DNA of 64,000 nt from Octopus sinensis (Eukaryota). The stretch spans positions 79,670,001-79,734,000 of the forward strand of contig NC_043005.1 in the NCBI RefSeq assembly GCF_006345805.1, given 5' to 3'. Below the pieces are notes generated by a model. The model had not been told where the DNA came from. It worked only from the letters and a program-made list of their open reading frames with translations, and did not search any database. The position numbers and the translations under genes are program-made. Positions 1 to 14,014 of this stretch are shown in pieces (the stretch's first letter is position 1; every line of letters begins with the position of its first letter).

Positions 1-4
1 TATC

Positions 5-47
5 TGTGGACCGCACGGTTTCATGGCTATTTCCCTTCGTCAGCACA
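5..47 (-). ncRNA. Minimal hammerhead ribozyme motif, slightly decayed stem II
   Basis: Minus strand TGTG-CTGACGA-AGGGAAATAGCCAT-GAAAC-CGTGCG-GTC-CACA. Stem I TGTG/CACA, stem III ACCG/CGGT, GUC triplet; one mismatch in stem II. Confidence 0.65.
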
Positions 48-94
48 TAATAACTGTTTGGATATCTATTTATAACTAAGGTACTAAGAAGCAC

Positions 95-590
95 CACATT
101 TGCTCAAAATAGGAGTCATAAAAACTCCGAACCCACAAGATTTAAGAGTAAATTTTATAGGCATGGTTGGAAAAAAAACTAAGTGAATTAAGATTGTGCC
201 TTAACCTGGTATAATGATTTCAAATTTAGTACCAAATGCACTTGATTATCTGCAGTTAAATCTACTCACAATAATGTTCTTTATATATTTCTATGCTAAT
301 TCACTTAGTTCGTTTTCTCAATGCGGTTGAGGCCCTGAAACGAACACAGGCATAGGTTGAAGTGAAATATAGTTATTGTCATGAGTTGACTTGGCTGAAG
401 AGAATCAAGTACATTTGGCGCTAAATTCAAAATCATGGTACCAGGTTAACAGACATCCCTTCTTTCAATTTTGCAGAGGTAAGGCGCAATTTTTATTCAC
501 TTGGTTTTTTTCTAACCCTGACTGTAAAAATTTAGTGTTAATACTTGTGGCTTCGGAGTATTTTTGTCTCCTATTTGTTAGCAAAGTTGG
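95..590. repeat. Old degenerate fold-back (arms ~95-275 and ~372-590)
   Basis: For example ttaacctggtataatgatttcaaatttagtaccaaatgcacttgatt versus the reverse complement ttaacctggtaccatgattttgaatttagcgccaaatgtacttgatt; (TA)n follows at ~625. Confidence 0.65.
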
Positions 591-623
591 TGCGTCATAG
601 CGCCCTTGTTATATGCAATTATT

Positions 624-670
<47 letters not shown>

Positions 671-1053
671 TTTTACCTATACAGTTTTAAGCTTACAGCC
701 ACTAACATTGTTATCTCCCATTAGTAACAATGTTCTTTATAACTTTACAAAAGAATATTGAGTAATCCGTCTGTTTATTATTAAATTGTTTGTCTTACAA
801 TTTCGCATGAAGACAAATAAACATATACATACACACACACACACGCGCGCGCACAGACACACAGACACACACACACACATATATATATATATTATATATA
901 TATATTGATAATAATGAAAATAATTCATATGGAATTTATAGATATTTTAATGCACAGCTAGTGCGTCACCACAAATCACATATTTGTGGCTTTAGTTCGT
1001 ATACCTGAGATGATTACAGTCCAATATATAATATCCATGCACACACACAACAC

Positions 1054-1088
<35 letters not shown>

Positions 1089-2993
1089 CACATATATATA
1101 AATATACATACATACATACAAATAAATGCAGCCGTGGCTGTGTGGTAAGAAATTTGTTCCCCAATCACATGGTTCTGGGTTCAGTCCCACTGCATGACAC
1201 ATTGGGCAAGTGTCTTCTACGAAAGCCTCGGGCCGACCAAAGCCTTTTCAGTGGATTTGGTAGATGGAAACCGAAAGATGCCCGTCGTATGTATGTACGT
1301 ATGTAAACTGAGACTTGTATTGCTTTATTTATAAGGAACATGGGTTGAAGAACTCGATACATAATGCAGAGTATAATTATTTGTATATAAATATTGTCTT
1401 TGTTGTTACCTTAAATTTTTCCAATATACACCTTGACTGACAGTCATACTAAATTATCAAAATATGCCATGAGTCAAAATACCACAAGGAACTTCATTAA
1501 TTCTTTAGTTTACACAGATTGTGAACGCTCTTTGTATTGAGCGCTGTTTTCTTTAACAATCATCACCCTTTAATTTCTTCGCGAAATTGTAGTGATTTAG
1601 AGGATGTTTGTTGATTAAGAATTAGCTACACATTTTTCGCTTGTTATATTTATTTTGTTTTTGTTCTGTTAAATTTTCTGTTTGCTGTGTTTTTGTTAAA
1701 TATTTAAAATTAATTTCATATTGAAATTTACCGGTTAACTCGTCCCTTAACTATTCAAATATTTAAACAATCCAGAACCGACCAAAATATTCCACACCTT
1801 TTATTGGTCAAACCTGACAGATTCAGTCTCTCACGCCCACTCTACAATGTCCAAAAATAGACTGCCACATGATCGAATTTTGAAAATTGCGTGATTAATT
1901 GAAAACAATCTGATAAAATAAACATTACCTATGATAGAGTAATCAGGATGGTAAAAAGATAGATGTTACCTCGGTTGGCATGTTGCGTTTCGTATCTTAG
2001 GTTTCATATGATCTCCCTGTATTATAATAAGGCAACAATTAGCTTAGAATTTAATTTGTTTTTTCTGTGGAATTTTCTTTTACTGCGTGTGATGTCTGTA
2101 AATTTAGTGTCTTTGCAAGTTCGAGCTCCTCCTGTATAAGAAGAAGAACTTTTTAAATTCTGACTCTTATATTTCTTTGCACGGAAGAAAGAAAGAATGA
2201 TTGAAGCCACGATGTGAAGGTTTCTTTATTCTAGCTTAAAACGTGGAAGAATAGGGTCAGAATCTAGATTTTTTTCTGCTTCACATTTTTACAGTGTCTA
2301 CAACGATTGCTGTATTCATACGTAGATATATTCTACTTTATCGTGGAGTTGCATATTTCAACAGACTCTTGTGGGCAAAGCGTATTATTAAAGACGCATT
2401 GCCTTATATGAATATTTTTAAAGTAAATGAACAGTTGTGCAGTGTTAATTCTAATTTTAAAGGAATTATTTGTTCACCTAATGCATCTCAGGCATTGGGA
2501 TATGTAATACACTACCTAAATACCAATCTGGAGAAATTAGGCTTTTCAAACCAGAAAGGAGAAAGCTGATTAGAAGACTACATATTCAAGTCGTCACTGG
2601 AACAGAAAAATCTGTAAAACTTCCCAGAAGTTTATCATTTATGTATATATAACCATGATTAATAGGCAAGTATATACATAAGATGACATACATAAAATAA
2701 AACACACAAATCTGTTCATATACATACATACGTACATGCATACATATATACAAAAATACTCTGTTGATGTCGAAATTCCAATAAAGGAGCCTTGGATTTA
2801 GGTTAGGAACCGGCTTTCTCTCTATTGGCAAGAAAACTTGAAATAAAACTAAGCAATGACATACATACAGGCGTACATGCATACATACATACAAACATAT
2901 ATACACACAGATACATACATACATACCTACACACATACACACACATACATATATGCATACATACATACATACATACATACATACATACATACA

Positions 2994-3024
<31 letters not shown>

Positions 3025-3547
3025 TTACTGAAAGTCAGTTAATAAGTGAATAAGACCGCTTCCAAAATTCAGTAGGTCGATGAAAAATATTTCAAAGGTC
3101 TAAGAATTTCCTGTGTACGGATTTGTTTTGAGTGGATATAGTTTTACACAGTACTAAGCCTACTTTTCTTCTACAATGAAGTTCTAACGAGAACTGGGGG
3201 TCGTCCATTCCCAGTAATTCGTATGCTAACTAACCCATTCCTGGCACCCTAATACGTGCTACTATTCGGGGCCAAATGAAGCCTGAGAACAATATTGGCT
3301 AAGACGTGACTCCACAACCCCTCACGTCCCCTGGAACTCCCATAAAAGAGCACATTATTGATGCACTTTAAAGTTATACCCACGAGATGCATACGTACAT
3401 ATATATACATACATGCGTATGTATATATGTGTGTGTATGTGTGTGTGTATGTGTGCAAGTGTGAAACGTTGTACACTTACCTAAAATGATTGAAACCTCG
3501 GTTACTAGTAGACAATTTAAATGATTCAAGCAAGAACAAGAAGCAAC

Positions 3548-3597
<50 letters not shown>

Positions 3598-4124
3598 AAG
3601 CAGCAGCAGCAGCAGCAGCAGCCAAGTGTATGGCAAAGTAAAGCGAACACCTGTCCTTTTGGATTTTTCCCCTGTCACCTTATTTTGTGCATTTGATTGA
3701 AAGAGTTACAGCGTCCAATAAAAGGTGACTTAATTACCTTTTGTCGTAATTGTACCACACAAAACAACATTCACGTGTGCGCACGTGTGTAATGTTAGTT
3801 GCCTTCCTCCTTCTCTCCTTTCTCTTTCTTGTTAACACTACATACATACATCCATACACCCATCCATACATACATACATACATATATATATACATATGTA
3901 TGTACATGCATACGTATAATTGAATGTATGCATGTATATATACACATACATATATATAAATATATACAAAGGTATAATAAAGTGTATATATATATATATA
4001 TATATATATATGCATTCATATATGGATACAATTACATATACACATGTGTGAGGGTGTGTCTGCGTGCACACACACACATATATACAGATATATATATATA
4101 TATGTATATCTATATGTATACATT

Positions 4125-4195
<71 letters not shown>

Positions 4196-5066
4196 AGATA
4201 GATAGATAGATAGTTAGATAGATAGATGATAGATAGATAGATAGATATGCACACACAACTTTGTATATGTATGTATGATTATACATACTTACATATGTGT
4301 GAATTAAGATATATTCATGCAGGGGGTATGTATGTACATAGCCATGTATCATCTGGACTAACCGTAGGAAAGGCAGAATATAAGCAATAGCTGACAAAGA
4401 CTTCCTATCTATGGGTGTTTTACATAAATTACCGTTAATCGTTATAATTTCTGTTGTTTTAACCGTCAGCGTTATACTAAATAACAGTGTAGAGTGTTTG
4501 AATATTATTTTCACTACTTATTTTCATCTCAATAATTTATCGCTTCAGATATGATAGCCCTTATTTTTCTCTTTTAATTCTGTGTTAGTTGTTATAAAAT
4601 TAACTACTCTACTTTGGGGACATCTACTTTTTATGTTAACTGTCTATAATACAATGTTATGGTCCAATAATACAACTGTTGAAAGGAAACAGACAGTGCC
4701 TATTATGCACAAGTATTTTCGACTTGTAGTGGACAATTCTGTGGTAAACGATGAGAGGTTATCAAAGCCATCATGTATGATATACTTACCATATGTACGT
4801 GAAGGTACGTGGATAAGTAGGTTGGGTTTTTATCGCACGATCGTAACGTCGTGAGTTCAATACTTGCAGTGCTTTACTTTATATCACTCTCGTTCTATTG
4901 GCTGGCACAAATGAATAATACCTGTATTTCAAAGAGCCAGCCTTGTCACATTCCGTCTCAATCTGAATCTCTTTGAAAAATACGTTAAGTGTATGCGTGT
5001 CTATGGAATGCTCAGCCACCTGCACGTCAATATCACCAGCAGGTTGTTCCATAGATCGAATCAACT

Positions 5067-5423
5067 GGTTCATCCAAGGCTGGGACCACGGGCCATACGT
5101 TCCCTACCCAATTCAAGATCACAACATATAAGTACACTGCTACATAATTTCTTTTCCCAACAGGCCCTGCTCTGTTTAACATTGTCCCAATACTGATTAA
5201 AGAAGAAAAGGATCCCAGCATCTTTAAACGGAGTCGGGACAGATTTCTCCAAGGAATACCAGATAAGCCACACAACTCACTCAACAATAACTCACTACTT
5301 GAATGAACAATAAACAAAACTTGACTTTAAAAAGATTTAGATAATCCTATCTGGTGGTACTATTAAGTTAGACATGGCCAGGACCAATCTTTGGTCGAAG
5401 CATATTTAAGTTTTATCTAAGTT
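5067..5423 (+). mobile_element. CR1 3' fragment (same family as 44250-45677)
   Basis: High similarity to 45300-45677 (ggttcatccaag..ggaccacgggc..ggccctgc..gaaaaggatccc..taccagataagcc..ttatctaagtt). Confidence 0.85.
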
Positions 5424-5808
5424 ATGTATATATATATAAGTTTTATCCTCGTAAAAATTGATTGAAAAATAAATAAACTGAGTGTGATATATTATAGACC
5501 AAAGTCATGTGAGTAAATTTCGCTGACGGAAAGTGAAAGAAGCCTCTTTTGTATGCGCGTATATCTATGTATATGAACTTCAGCTTAGTTAAAATAAGTT
5601 TGTTACATATTTTAACTTCTCGAGGCAAATTCACTGCAGATACTGTGGAGAAAAAATATCTCTTTTATGATGTGAAACAAACACTGTATCTGCTCAGTGT
5701 TGCCATCTGTCGGATTACCAAATGCAGCGTTTCTAGCTCTTTAGCAGAATCGTTAGCACGCCGGGCAAAATGCTTAGCGGTGTTTCGTTTTCAAGCGGTG
5801 TTGAGGGA

Positions 5809-6224
5809 AAGGTGGCGAGCTGGCAGAGACGTTAGCACGCCAGGCGAAATGCTTAGCGGTATTTCGTCTGCCGCTACGTTCTGAGTTCAAATTCCGCCGA
5901 GGTCGAATTTGCCTTTCATCCTTTCGTGGTCGATTAAATAAGTGCCAGTTACGCACTGGGGTCGATATAATCGACTTAATTCGTTTGTCTGTCCTTGTTT
6001 GTCCTCTCTGTGTTTAGCCCCTTGTGGGTAGTAAAGAAATAGGTATTTTTTCTGTCGTTACGTTCTGAGTTCAAATTCCGCCGTGGTCGACTTTGCCTTT
6101 CATCCTTTCGGGGTCGATAAATTAAGTACCAGTTATGCACTGGGTCGATGTAATCGTTTTAAACCCTTTGTCTGTCCTTGTTTGTCCCCTCTGTGTTTAG
6201 CCTCTTATCGGTAGTAAAGAAATA
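5809..6224 (+). mobile_element. Dimeric SINE family A
   Basis: Units 1+2 with the same junction as at 30940. Confidence 0.85.
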
Positions 6225-7559
6225 TATATAAGATATGGATGCATAACTCCATGTTTGTACAAACGGTTGTCGACATCAGCAAAAACCGAAGCATTTGCAA
6301 CAATGGCAGAACGTTACAAAAGTCCGCTTGTCATACGCAAGTCGCAAGTACTATTAACCCTTCATTGTTGCATTGGACAACAGCAAGCAACGACAATATT
6401 GCGAACAAATAGCAATTTTAAAAGAAAGCAAACGTAGTTTTGCAGAGCTGTGCTATGTTGAGCTTGTTTCTATTATTTTTCCTAGTATCATGCCTTACAA
6501 GAAGTCTTAACAATGCGGTGCTTTTGTTAATGTTATCACCACAATACCACAGTGAATCAATAAATATCTCTTGCTGACATCATCATAAAAGCTAATCTGA
6601 GCTGTGTAACAAGAACGGTTTCTTAGCAATAACATCGATTACTGAAATCTATTGGCAATTGTGGAGAAGACGACCAAGAGCACCGAACTAAAATCCGTGT
6701 TACAACTTTTCTGTGCTCAAATCCGTCTACAATCGATTCGGGATATTTCCTGCGATCTTTAACGCTTGGATGATATACACGGGAAACGTAATATGGTGGA
6801 GATATTGCTATCGAGGTTGGTATATACACTTAATAACTGATGACGTGTGTTTAAACAAAAAGAAAAATCAATATAAGAAGCTAGTCTTGTAACCGCGTGG
6901 TCTTGGGTTCGGTTCTTTCCGTGATATCTTGAAGAAGTTTTTTTTTTCTACTATAGGCCCGGTACCGACCAATAACTTGTAAGTGAATTTAGTAGACGGA
7001 AACTATGTGCAGCCTTTTGTAAATATATGTGTGTGCGTGTGTGTCGATGTGTGTGTGTGCGTGTGAGTGTGAATGCCTTTGTTTTCATGTGTGTACGTGT
7101 GTGTGTGTCTGAATGCCTTTGTGTTGGTGAGTGTGTGTATGTGTGTGTGTGTGAATGCCTTTGTGTTTGCGCGTGTGTGTGTGTGTCTATGAACGCATTT
7201 CTGTTTGTATGTATGTGTGTGTGTGTTTGAATGCTTTAGTGTATGTATGTGTGTGTGTGTTTGTGTATGTGTGCGTGTTTGTGTATGTGTGCGTGTTTGT
7301 GTGTGTGAGAGAGAAAGAATGTGTGAGTGTGTGTGTGTGTGTCTGAATGTTTTTGTGGTTGTGTTTGTCTCCCACCACCGATTGACTACCGATTTCGGTT
7401 TGTATACGTCTTGAAAGTTCGTCAAAAAGAGACCGATAAAATAAGGACCAGATTTAGACTATTACTGCAGTCGATTTGTTCCATTAAACTCTTCAAAGTA
7501 GTATTTCAGCATGAACGCAGCTCAAAAAATGAAGCAAGTAAAAAATGAAAGATGAAAGA

Positions 7560-7964
7560 TATATCCTTTTCTACTGTAGGAACAAAGCCCGAAATTTGGT
7601 GGGAGAGGGCTATTCGAATCGATCGATCCCAGTACACAACTGGTACTTAAACTATCAACCCAGAAAAGATGAAAGGCAAAGTCGACCTCGCCATAATTTG
7701 AACTCAGAACGTAAAGACAGACGAAATACCTATTTCTTCACTACCCACATGGGGCTAAACACAGAGAGAACAAACAAGGACAGACAAACGGATTAAGTCG
7801 ATTATATCGACCCCAGTGCGTAACTGGTACTTATTTAATCGATCCCGAAAGGATGAAAGGCAAAGTCGACCTCGGCGGAATTTGAACTCAGAACGTAGCG
7901 GCAGTCGAAATACCGCTAAGCATTTCGCCCGGCGTGCTAACGATTCTGCCATCTCGTCGCCTTA
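7560..7964 (-). mobile_element. Dimeric SINE family A
   Basis: Reverse complement of unit 1 plus a terminal unit. Confidence 0.8.
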
Positions 7965-9794
7965 AGATAAAAGATATATTAACTGTGTGAATGTTGAAGA
8001 TCATGCTTTCCGTTCGTTGATCACGTTTTGTTGTTGAAGAGATATTTGGTGCTTTTAGCTTCGGTGCTTTTTGCTTTGCTGCCTGATCCGGGCTATTTTG
8101 AAATTTCTTCTCTCCCAACTGGCCGAATTTCTGAAATACAAAACACATTTTCGAGCCAGTTGTCACCTGAGAAAAGCATTTTCAAGAATGGCAACGGTTA
8201 CAAATTAAGGAAATACAGATTTGTGATGGTAAAGTTCCATAAAACATATTTATGCCATGAAATTTCTATATTTCTTTGGTCATGCTTGACAAAAGGTAAC
8301 CTTCACCCATGTGACTTCACAATTAAAACATTAAGAGTGCATTCAAAATGCCATTCAAGATACATATTTTCATTACGAATAGTAAAAGGTTGAACAAACA
8401 TGTCTCAACTGGTTTGCAATGATAGCGACACTAAATCAAGCTCAGCGTGGGAATATCTGCAGACAAATTCCACAAATACGAGATGCAAATTATCTAGTAA
8501 CATTGAAACATGTTGTTTATTAACATCTAGTTTTATAAAGGACATTTCTGTCATCATCATGACATCTAAAACTCTTTAGATTGAATGTAATGAAACTAGC
8601 TCAAGTTTGATGCTTTTTATTTGCTTAAGATACTTAAATCGTGATTTTTGCTTTCACTTTTGTAGTTACATTGACTTTAAAATATTATTGAAAAACTGTT
8701 TTCAAAGTTATGTCAATGTCTATGCATGGGTCCGCATTTGGTGAAGCCAAATCTATTCTTCGAAATGGTGGCAATATTGGAAAAGTTGAAAAATAGACAT
8801 TTGAGTTTGTGAAAAATCTTGAGATAGAGCAAAGTGTATTTCATTTTGGAATTAAGTACCCCAGAATTACTAGGAAACATGTCTCCAGCACCACACAACA
8901 AAGACCATGTTCCCCAGCGTAATCTGTAAGGTTTATGTAGCCACTCTACAAAATCAATTACTATAGCAGACTGGCTGTAGAAATAAGACATTGCTTGGTT
9001 AGAAGTGTATTCGCTTTTAATAAATGCATATAAGTTATTAGATACAAATTAACATTTTAATAATAACAGAGTACTTATCGAAAGACTTAGCAATAAATGT
9101 AATAATGCATAAGATTTATAAGTCGGATATTCAATAACTTTTCAAAAAGTTAGCTTCAATTTGATCGCATTAAATGAGTTTCGTGTCTTTTATAATTTTG
9201 CGATAGTACATAATCTGCCGCATTAAAATTTCATTATTAAATATTTACAAGAATGATGAATTAATAGAATCGTTACACTGACGAACAAAATGCTTTGGTG
9301 GTGTTCTGCCAGAGTTACATATTATATTTTGCTGTTTTCATATTCTTCCGAATATCTTGTCACCTTTCTGGGTCAATAAAATATACTTACCTGCCAAATA
9401 CTATGATGAATTTAATTGACTGACACATTCCTACCGAATGTTCAACTGGTACACATTTTATCGATTCCGAAAGGAATGAAAGGCTAAGTTGACCTCGGTG
9501 TCATTTGGGCTCAGAACGTAAAGACAGACTAAATGCCGCGAATCATTTTACCGTTTTGTGCAAACGATTTTGCTAGCTCACTGCCTTATACTTACTGAAT
9601 ATTGGTTTCAAACTTTGGCAAATGACCAAAAATTTCGGGGCAAAGGATAAGTTGATTGCATCGACCCCAATATTTAACTGGTATTTAAATTATCGAGACG
9701 GAATGGTTTCAAAGTTAACACCGGCACTGAACGAAGGATGAACGAAATGCTGCGAAGCATTTTGTCTGGTGTCTTAAAGATTCTTCCACCTCAC

Positions 9795-10016
9795 GGTACT
9801 AGAACGAAGTACCCCTGAGTACAATCCCCCACATACACCCAAAAAATCCCCTGGCAGTCAATATCCCCCGGGATATTGTTCTTTCTTTACAATAAAAATA
9901 TTTTAGGAAAGTGAAATTTTGTAAAAACGTTTAAAATATTTATTAGTTGATATTTTTGTTTAAAATTTGTCCGGGGGGGGGGATTTTGTCCTCAGAATGG
10001 ATTTTGTCCTGATGCC
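9795..10016. mobile_element. Possible degenerate MITE
   Basis: Degenerate TIRs containing tgag..caa..tcccccc and gggggattttgtcc repeats. Confidence 0.3.
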
Positions 10017-10978
10017 TAGATTACTGCCTTATAGCTATTACATATTACATTTATTACATAATGTAAATCGGAAAAATATCGTATGGCATATTTTCCGGAT
10101 CTTTATGTTCTGAGTTGAAATCCCACTCAGATCAACGTTTGATACCGTTATCCTTTCGGGGTCGATAAAATAAAGCACCACTCAAGTGTTGAGCTCGATG
10201 GCATTGTCTAACACATACCCTACTGACCTTGTGTTAAATAAGAAACAATTAATAAGCTTTGCAAGAACAATGGATTGGCAAAACTGGTGGAGCAACAGAC
10301 AAAATACCTTGTGGTATAAACTTACCTAACCTTTTGTACTGTGTATAAATCACTTGAAAGACAATTTTCTTTTTCGTCCTTCTAAGATTTATTAAATATT
10401 TACTAAGATTAATGTAATCATCTTCACTAAATATTCCTCCTAAAATAGCTGGCTTTGAGCCTGTATTAAAGATATTTCTTAGATACTTATAACGGATTTG
10501 GAACGGTAAAATCTGTTTAACGACAAACGGATGTCTTGCAGTATTTAGTGGCTTGTTTTCCACGTTTTGAATTCAGATATCGCCTGGTCGACTTTGCCAT
10601 AAAAACTTTAGTCGAACAAATCAATTGCAATGCTTATTTTAAAGTCTGGCTTTTGTTCTACCACTCAAATACGGGGACGTAAACAAAGCAACCAAGTTAG
10701 TCAAGAGGTGCAGCAAGGCGATAACTACAAACACACGCATACAGGTACATGCATATATATCTGTATATCAGTATGTGAATAAATAGACTCAACCTGATTG
10801 CAAAGCGACCTTCTTAACCACACAGCCATATCTGTGTCTCTTTAGTCTATTTACTGAACCACATTTAGCAAACGGAGTCGAATAATATACCATAGGGCTT
10901 ACAGTTCATTCTTATCGAGTATCTTCCTTCCAGATATGTCAAGACATATTGGCTAAATCAGATTTTGGCTTCAGGCAT

Positions 10979-11367
10979 GGTGGAAGCACTCCGTCGGTTA
11001 CGACGATGAGGGTTCCGGTTGATCCGAATCAACGGAACAGCCTGCTCGTGAAATTAACGTGTAAGTGGCTGAGCACTCCACAGACACGTGTATCCTTAAC
11101 GTAGTTCCCGGGGATATTCAGGGTGACACAGAGAGTGACCAGGCCGGCCCCTTGAAATACAGGTACAACAGAAACAGGAAGTAAGAGTGAGAGAAAGTTG
11201 TGGTGAAAGAGTACAGCAGGGATCACCACCATCCCCTGCCGGAGCCTCGTGGAGCTTTTAGGTGTTTTCGCTCAATAAACACTCACAACGCCCGGTCTGG
11301 GAATCGAAACCGCGATCCTATGACTGCGAGTCCGCTGCCCTAACCACTGGGCTATTGCGCCTCCACA
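10979..11367 (-). mobile_element. SINE family C, full length with TSD
   Basis: tRNA-like A/B boxes (tagcccagtgg; ggtttcgattccc); 12-bp TSD ggcttcag(g/t)cat at 10967-10978 and 11368-11379. Other copies at ~27542-27914 (+), 40135-40405 (-), 61455-61745 (-) and 4860-5066 (+). Confidence 0.88.
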
Positions 11368-11724
11368 GGCTTCAGTCATAAAACTACCCTGAAGAATTCT
11401 TTAGTCGCAGTACTTATTGCATCGGTCTCTCTTTCTTGCAGAACCACTAGACTACGGGAACTAAACACACTAACACCGGCTATCAAGCGATCGTGGGGCA
11501 CAAACACACACAAACAGATCTATGAAGGCGCAAGTCTGGCTGTGTTATAAGAAGCTTGCTTCCAAACCACATGATTCCGGGTTCAGTACCACTGCGTGGC
11601 ACTTTGGGCAACTGTCTTTTACTGCTGCCTCAGGCCTACCAAATCCTTGTGAGTAGATTTGGTAGAAGGACAGAAGTATGTACATACATACATACATACA
11701 TACATACATACATACACACATACG

Positions 11725-11764
<40 letters not shown>

Positions 11765-11780
11765 TATATACTCTTTTACT

Positions 11781-12210
11781 CTTTTACTTGTTTCAGTCAT
11801 TTGACTGCGGCCATGCTGGAGCACCGCCTTTAATCGAGCAACTCGACCCCGGGACTTATTCTATTGTGAGCCCAGTACTTATTCTATCGGTCTCTTTTGC
11901 CGAACCGCTAAGTAACGGGGACATAAACACACCAGCATCGGTTGTCAAGCAATGCTAGGGGGACCTACACAGACCCACAAACACACACACGCATATATAT
12001 ATATACATATATACGACGGGCTTCTTTCAGTTTCCTTCTACCAAATCCACTCACAAGGCATTGGTCGGCCCGAGGCTATAGTAGAAGACACTTGCTCAAG
12101 GTGCCACGCAGTGGGACTGAACCCGGAACCATGTGGTTGGTAAACAAGCTACTTACCACACAGCCACTCCTGCGCCTATTGCCACTCCTGCGCCTATGGC
12201 CACTCCTGCG

Positions 12211-12215
<5 letters not shown>
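11781..12215 (-). mobile_element. SINE family B (tRNA head, CORE-like ccttg(a/g)gcaag, internal microsatellite)
   Basis: Near-complete copy. Related copies at ~1128-1295, 6860-7530, 11535-11680, 27930-28335, 32885-33250, 42065-42480, 45773-46560, 55003-55500 and 63572-63985. Confidence 0.85.
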
Positions 12216-12263
<48 letters not shown>

Positions 12264-12959
12264 TATATTATATAAAATCCGTTTTGTCTGTGTGTGTGTG
12301 TATCTTCTAGGATCTCGGGCCTCTTTCTATAACTCTTCCTACACCATAACAACTTGCCTAAATTTGCAGTATTTACCAAAAATCTCTTACCGTAACAGAC
12401 TAATTCAGATCGTAGCGTCATCTGCAGTAGTAATTTTATTAATTTTCTGCCAACACGCAAATATTCAATGTATAAATACGTGTGATGACTAATTTCGTTA
12501 TTATCCTGTAAAACAGTATTGTCTTCATCCCTTGTAAATTTATAATTCATTTATGTATATTCATATGCCAACAAGGCGTAAGGTAACAAGAGAAGTCATT
12601 TCTAGGCAGTTGCACTTTAAGCATACATGAATTGCGCGCACGCGCCCCCGCGCGCGTGTGACATTCATTTTCATCTTTTAATTGTTTCAGTTATTAGACT
12701 GTGGCCATGCTGGGACACCGCATTGAAGAATTTTTTTTATTTGAATGAATAAACCTCAGTACATTATTTTTAATTTAAATCTGGTAATATTGAATCTGTC
12801 TCTTTTATTGAACCGCTTAATTCACGGAGACATAAACACATCAACACCCGTTGTCATGCGGCGGTGAGGGACAAACACTGACAGAAAGAGAGATTCGCAC
12901 ACATACATACACAATACATGCCGTGCATACATATATACATACGTACATACATACATACG

Positions 12960-13045
<86 letters not shown>

Positions 13046-13147
13046 TAGAGAGATAGAGAAATGGAGAGATAGAGAGATAGAGAGATAGAGAGATGGAGAG
13101 ATGGAGAGATGGAGAGATGGAGAGATGGAGAGATGGAGAGATGGAGC

Positions 13148-13191
<44 letters not shown>

Positions 13192-13869
13192 CACAAACAG
13201 AGAATGAGAGATAGAGAGAAGGGGGCAATTATGCAGATAAGGAAATTAGTTATATTAATTTTATCAAATATATTAAATATAATTTTTATACACACAAAAC
13301 GTGTATACATATATGTGTATTTTGTATTTCATACCCAAACTATAATTAAATATAACATAAATAATATGCCCAATTTGTTTATCTGCATAATTGCCTCTGT
13401 ATTCGTTCAACTTGATCCCACTCACAGCCATTTTTTATTTTGTGGGATCGATCCCCTGTAAAGACATCGGAATCTAAGTTTGAATATTTCGAGCATTAAT
13501 AAATGTCTTCTATACTAAGATCTCTGTGTGTCTATGTGTCTGTGTGTGTGCGCGTGCCTGTGTTTCTGCTATTTGTTAAAACAGATTTGCATTATTTTTT
13601 TTATCGTAGTCTCCTTGCTTTTCGGTGAAGTCCTCAGACTTCGTTATTTCGTCGGAGAAGAAAGTTTTGCGGCTGGTTGCGCAGCCATTAATGCACCGCT
13701 TCCTGTGCTCTTACGTCTGTAACAAAAAACGTTGCCTCATAAACGATATTTGAACAGTATTAAAAGGTAACAGTTGGAAGTCGCGTGATATCGATAGATT
13801 ACAAGATATTGCAGAAACCTGAAACCCAATTGTTTAATGGTTTCAGCAGTGTATGTTGAAGTGGCAAAC

Positions 13870-13940
13870 TGACGACTGACCATCCATGAGGTGGCGTGTT
13901 ACCTGCAAATTAGTCAAGGTTCATCATATCATATGTTTAT
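13870..13940 (+). mobile_element. Mariner fragment
   Basis: RLTIHEVACYLQISQGSSYH resembles the mariner second HTH. Confidence 0.45.
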
Positions 13941-14014
13941 TTGCAGGTTTACTTCAACTCACTCTCGCTTCTCAGAACACCGTTGCATTTTTCTCAATAC
14001 TTCTCTATATTTAA

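Noticed and set aside
2294-2569. 91-codon frame following a good splice acceptor
   Set aside because: No recognisable motif; ORFs of this length are expected by chance across 64 kb in six frames.
2586-4514. Many 60-140 aa ORFs rich in Y/I/C/V/M/H/T (also 36184-36468, 48097-48727, 53941-54391, 59155-59736)
   Set aside because: Translations of TA/TG/CA/TACA/AAT microsatellites.
6590-6840. Protein-like frame with two stops (IVEKTTKSTELKSVLQLF...)
   Set aside because: Too short and unassignable without a database search.
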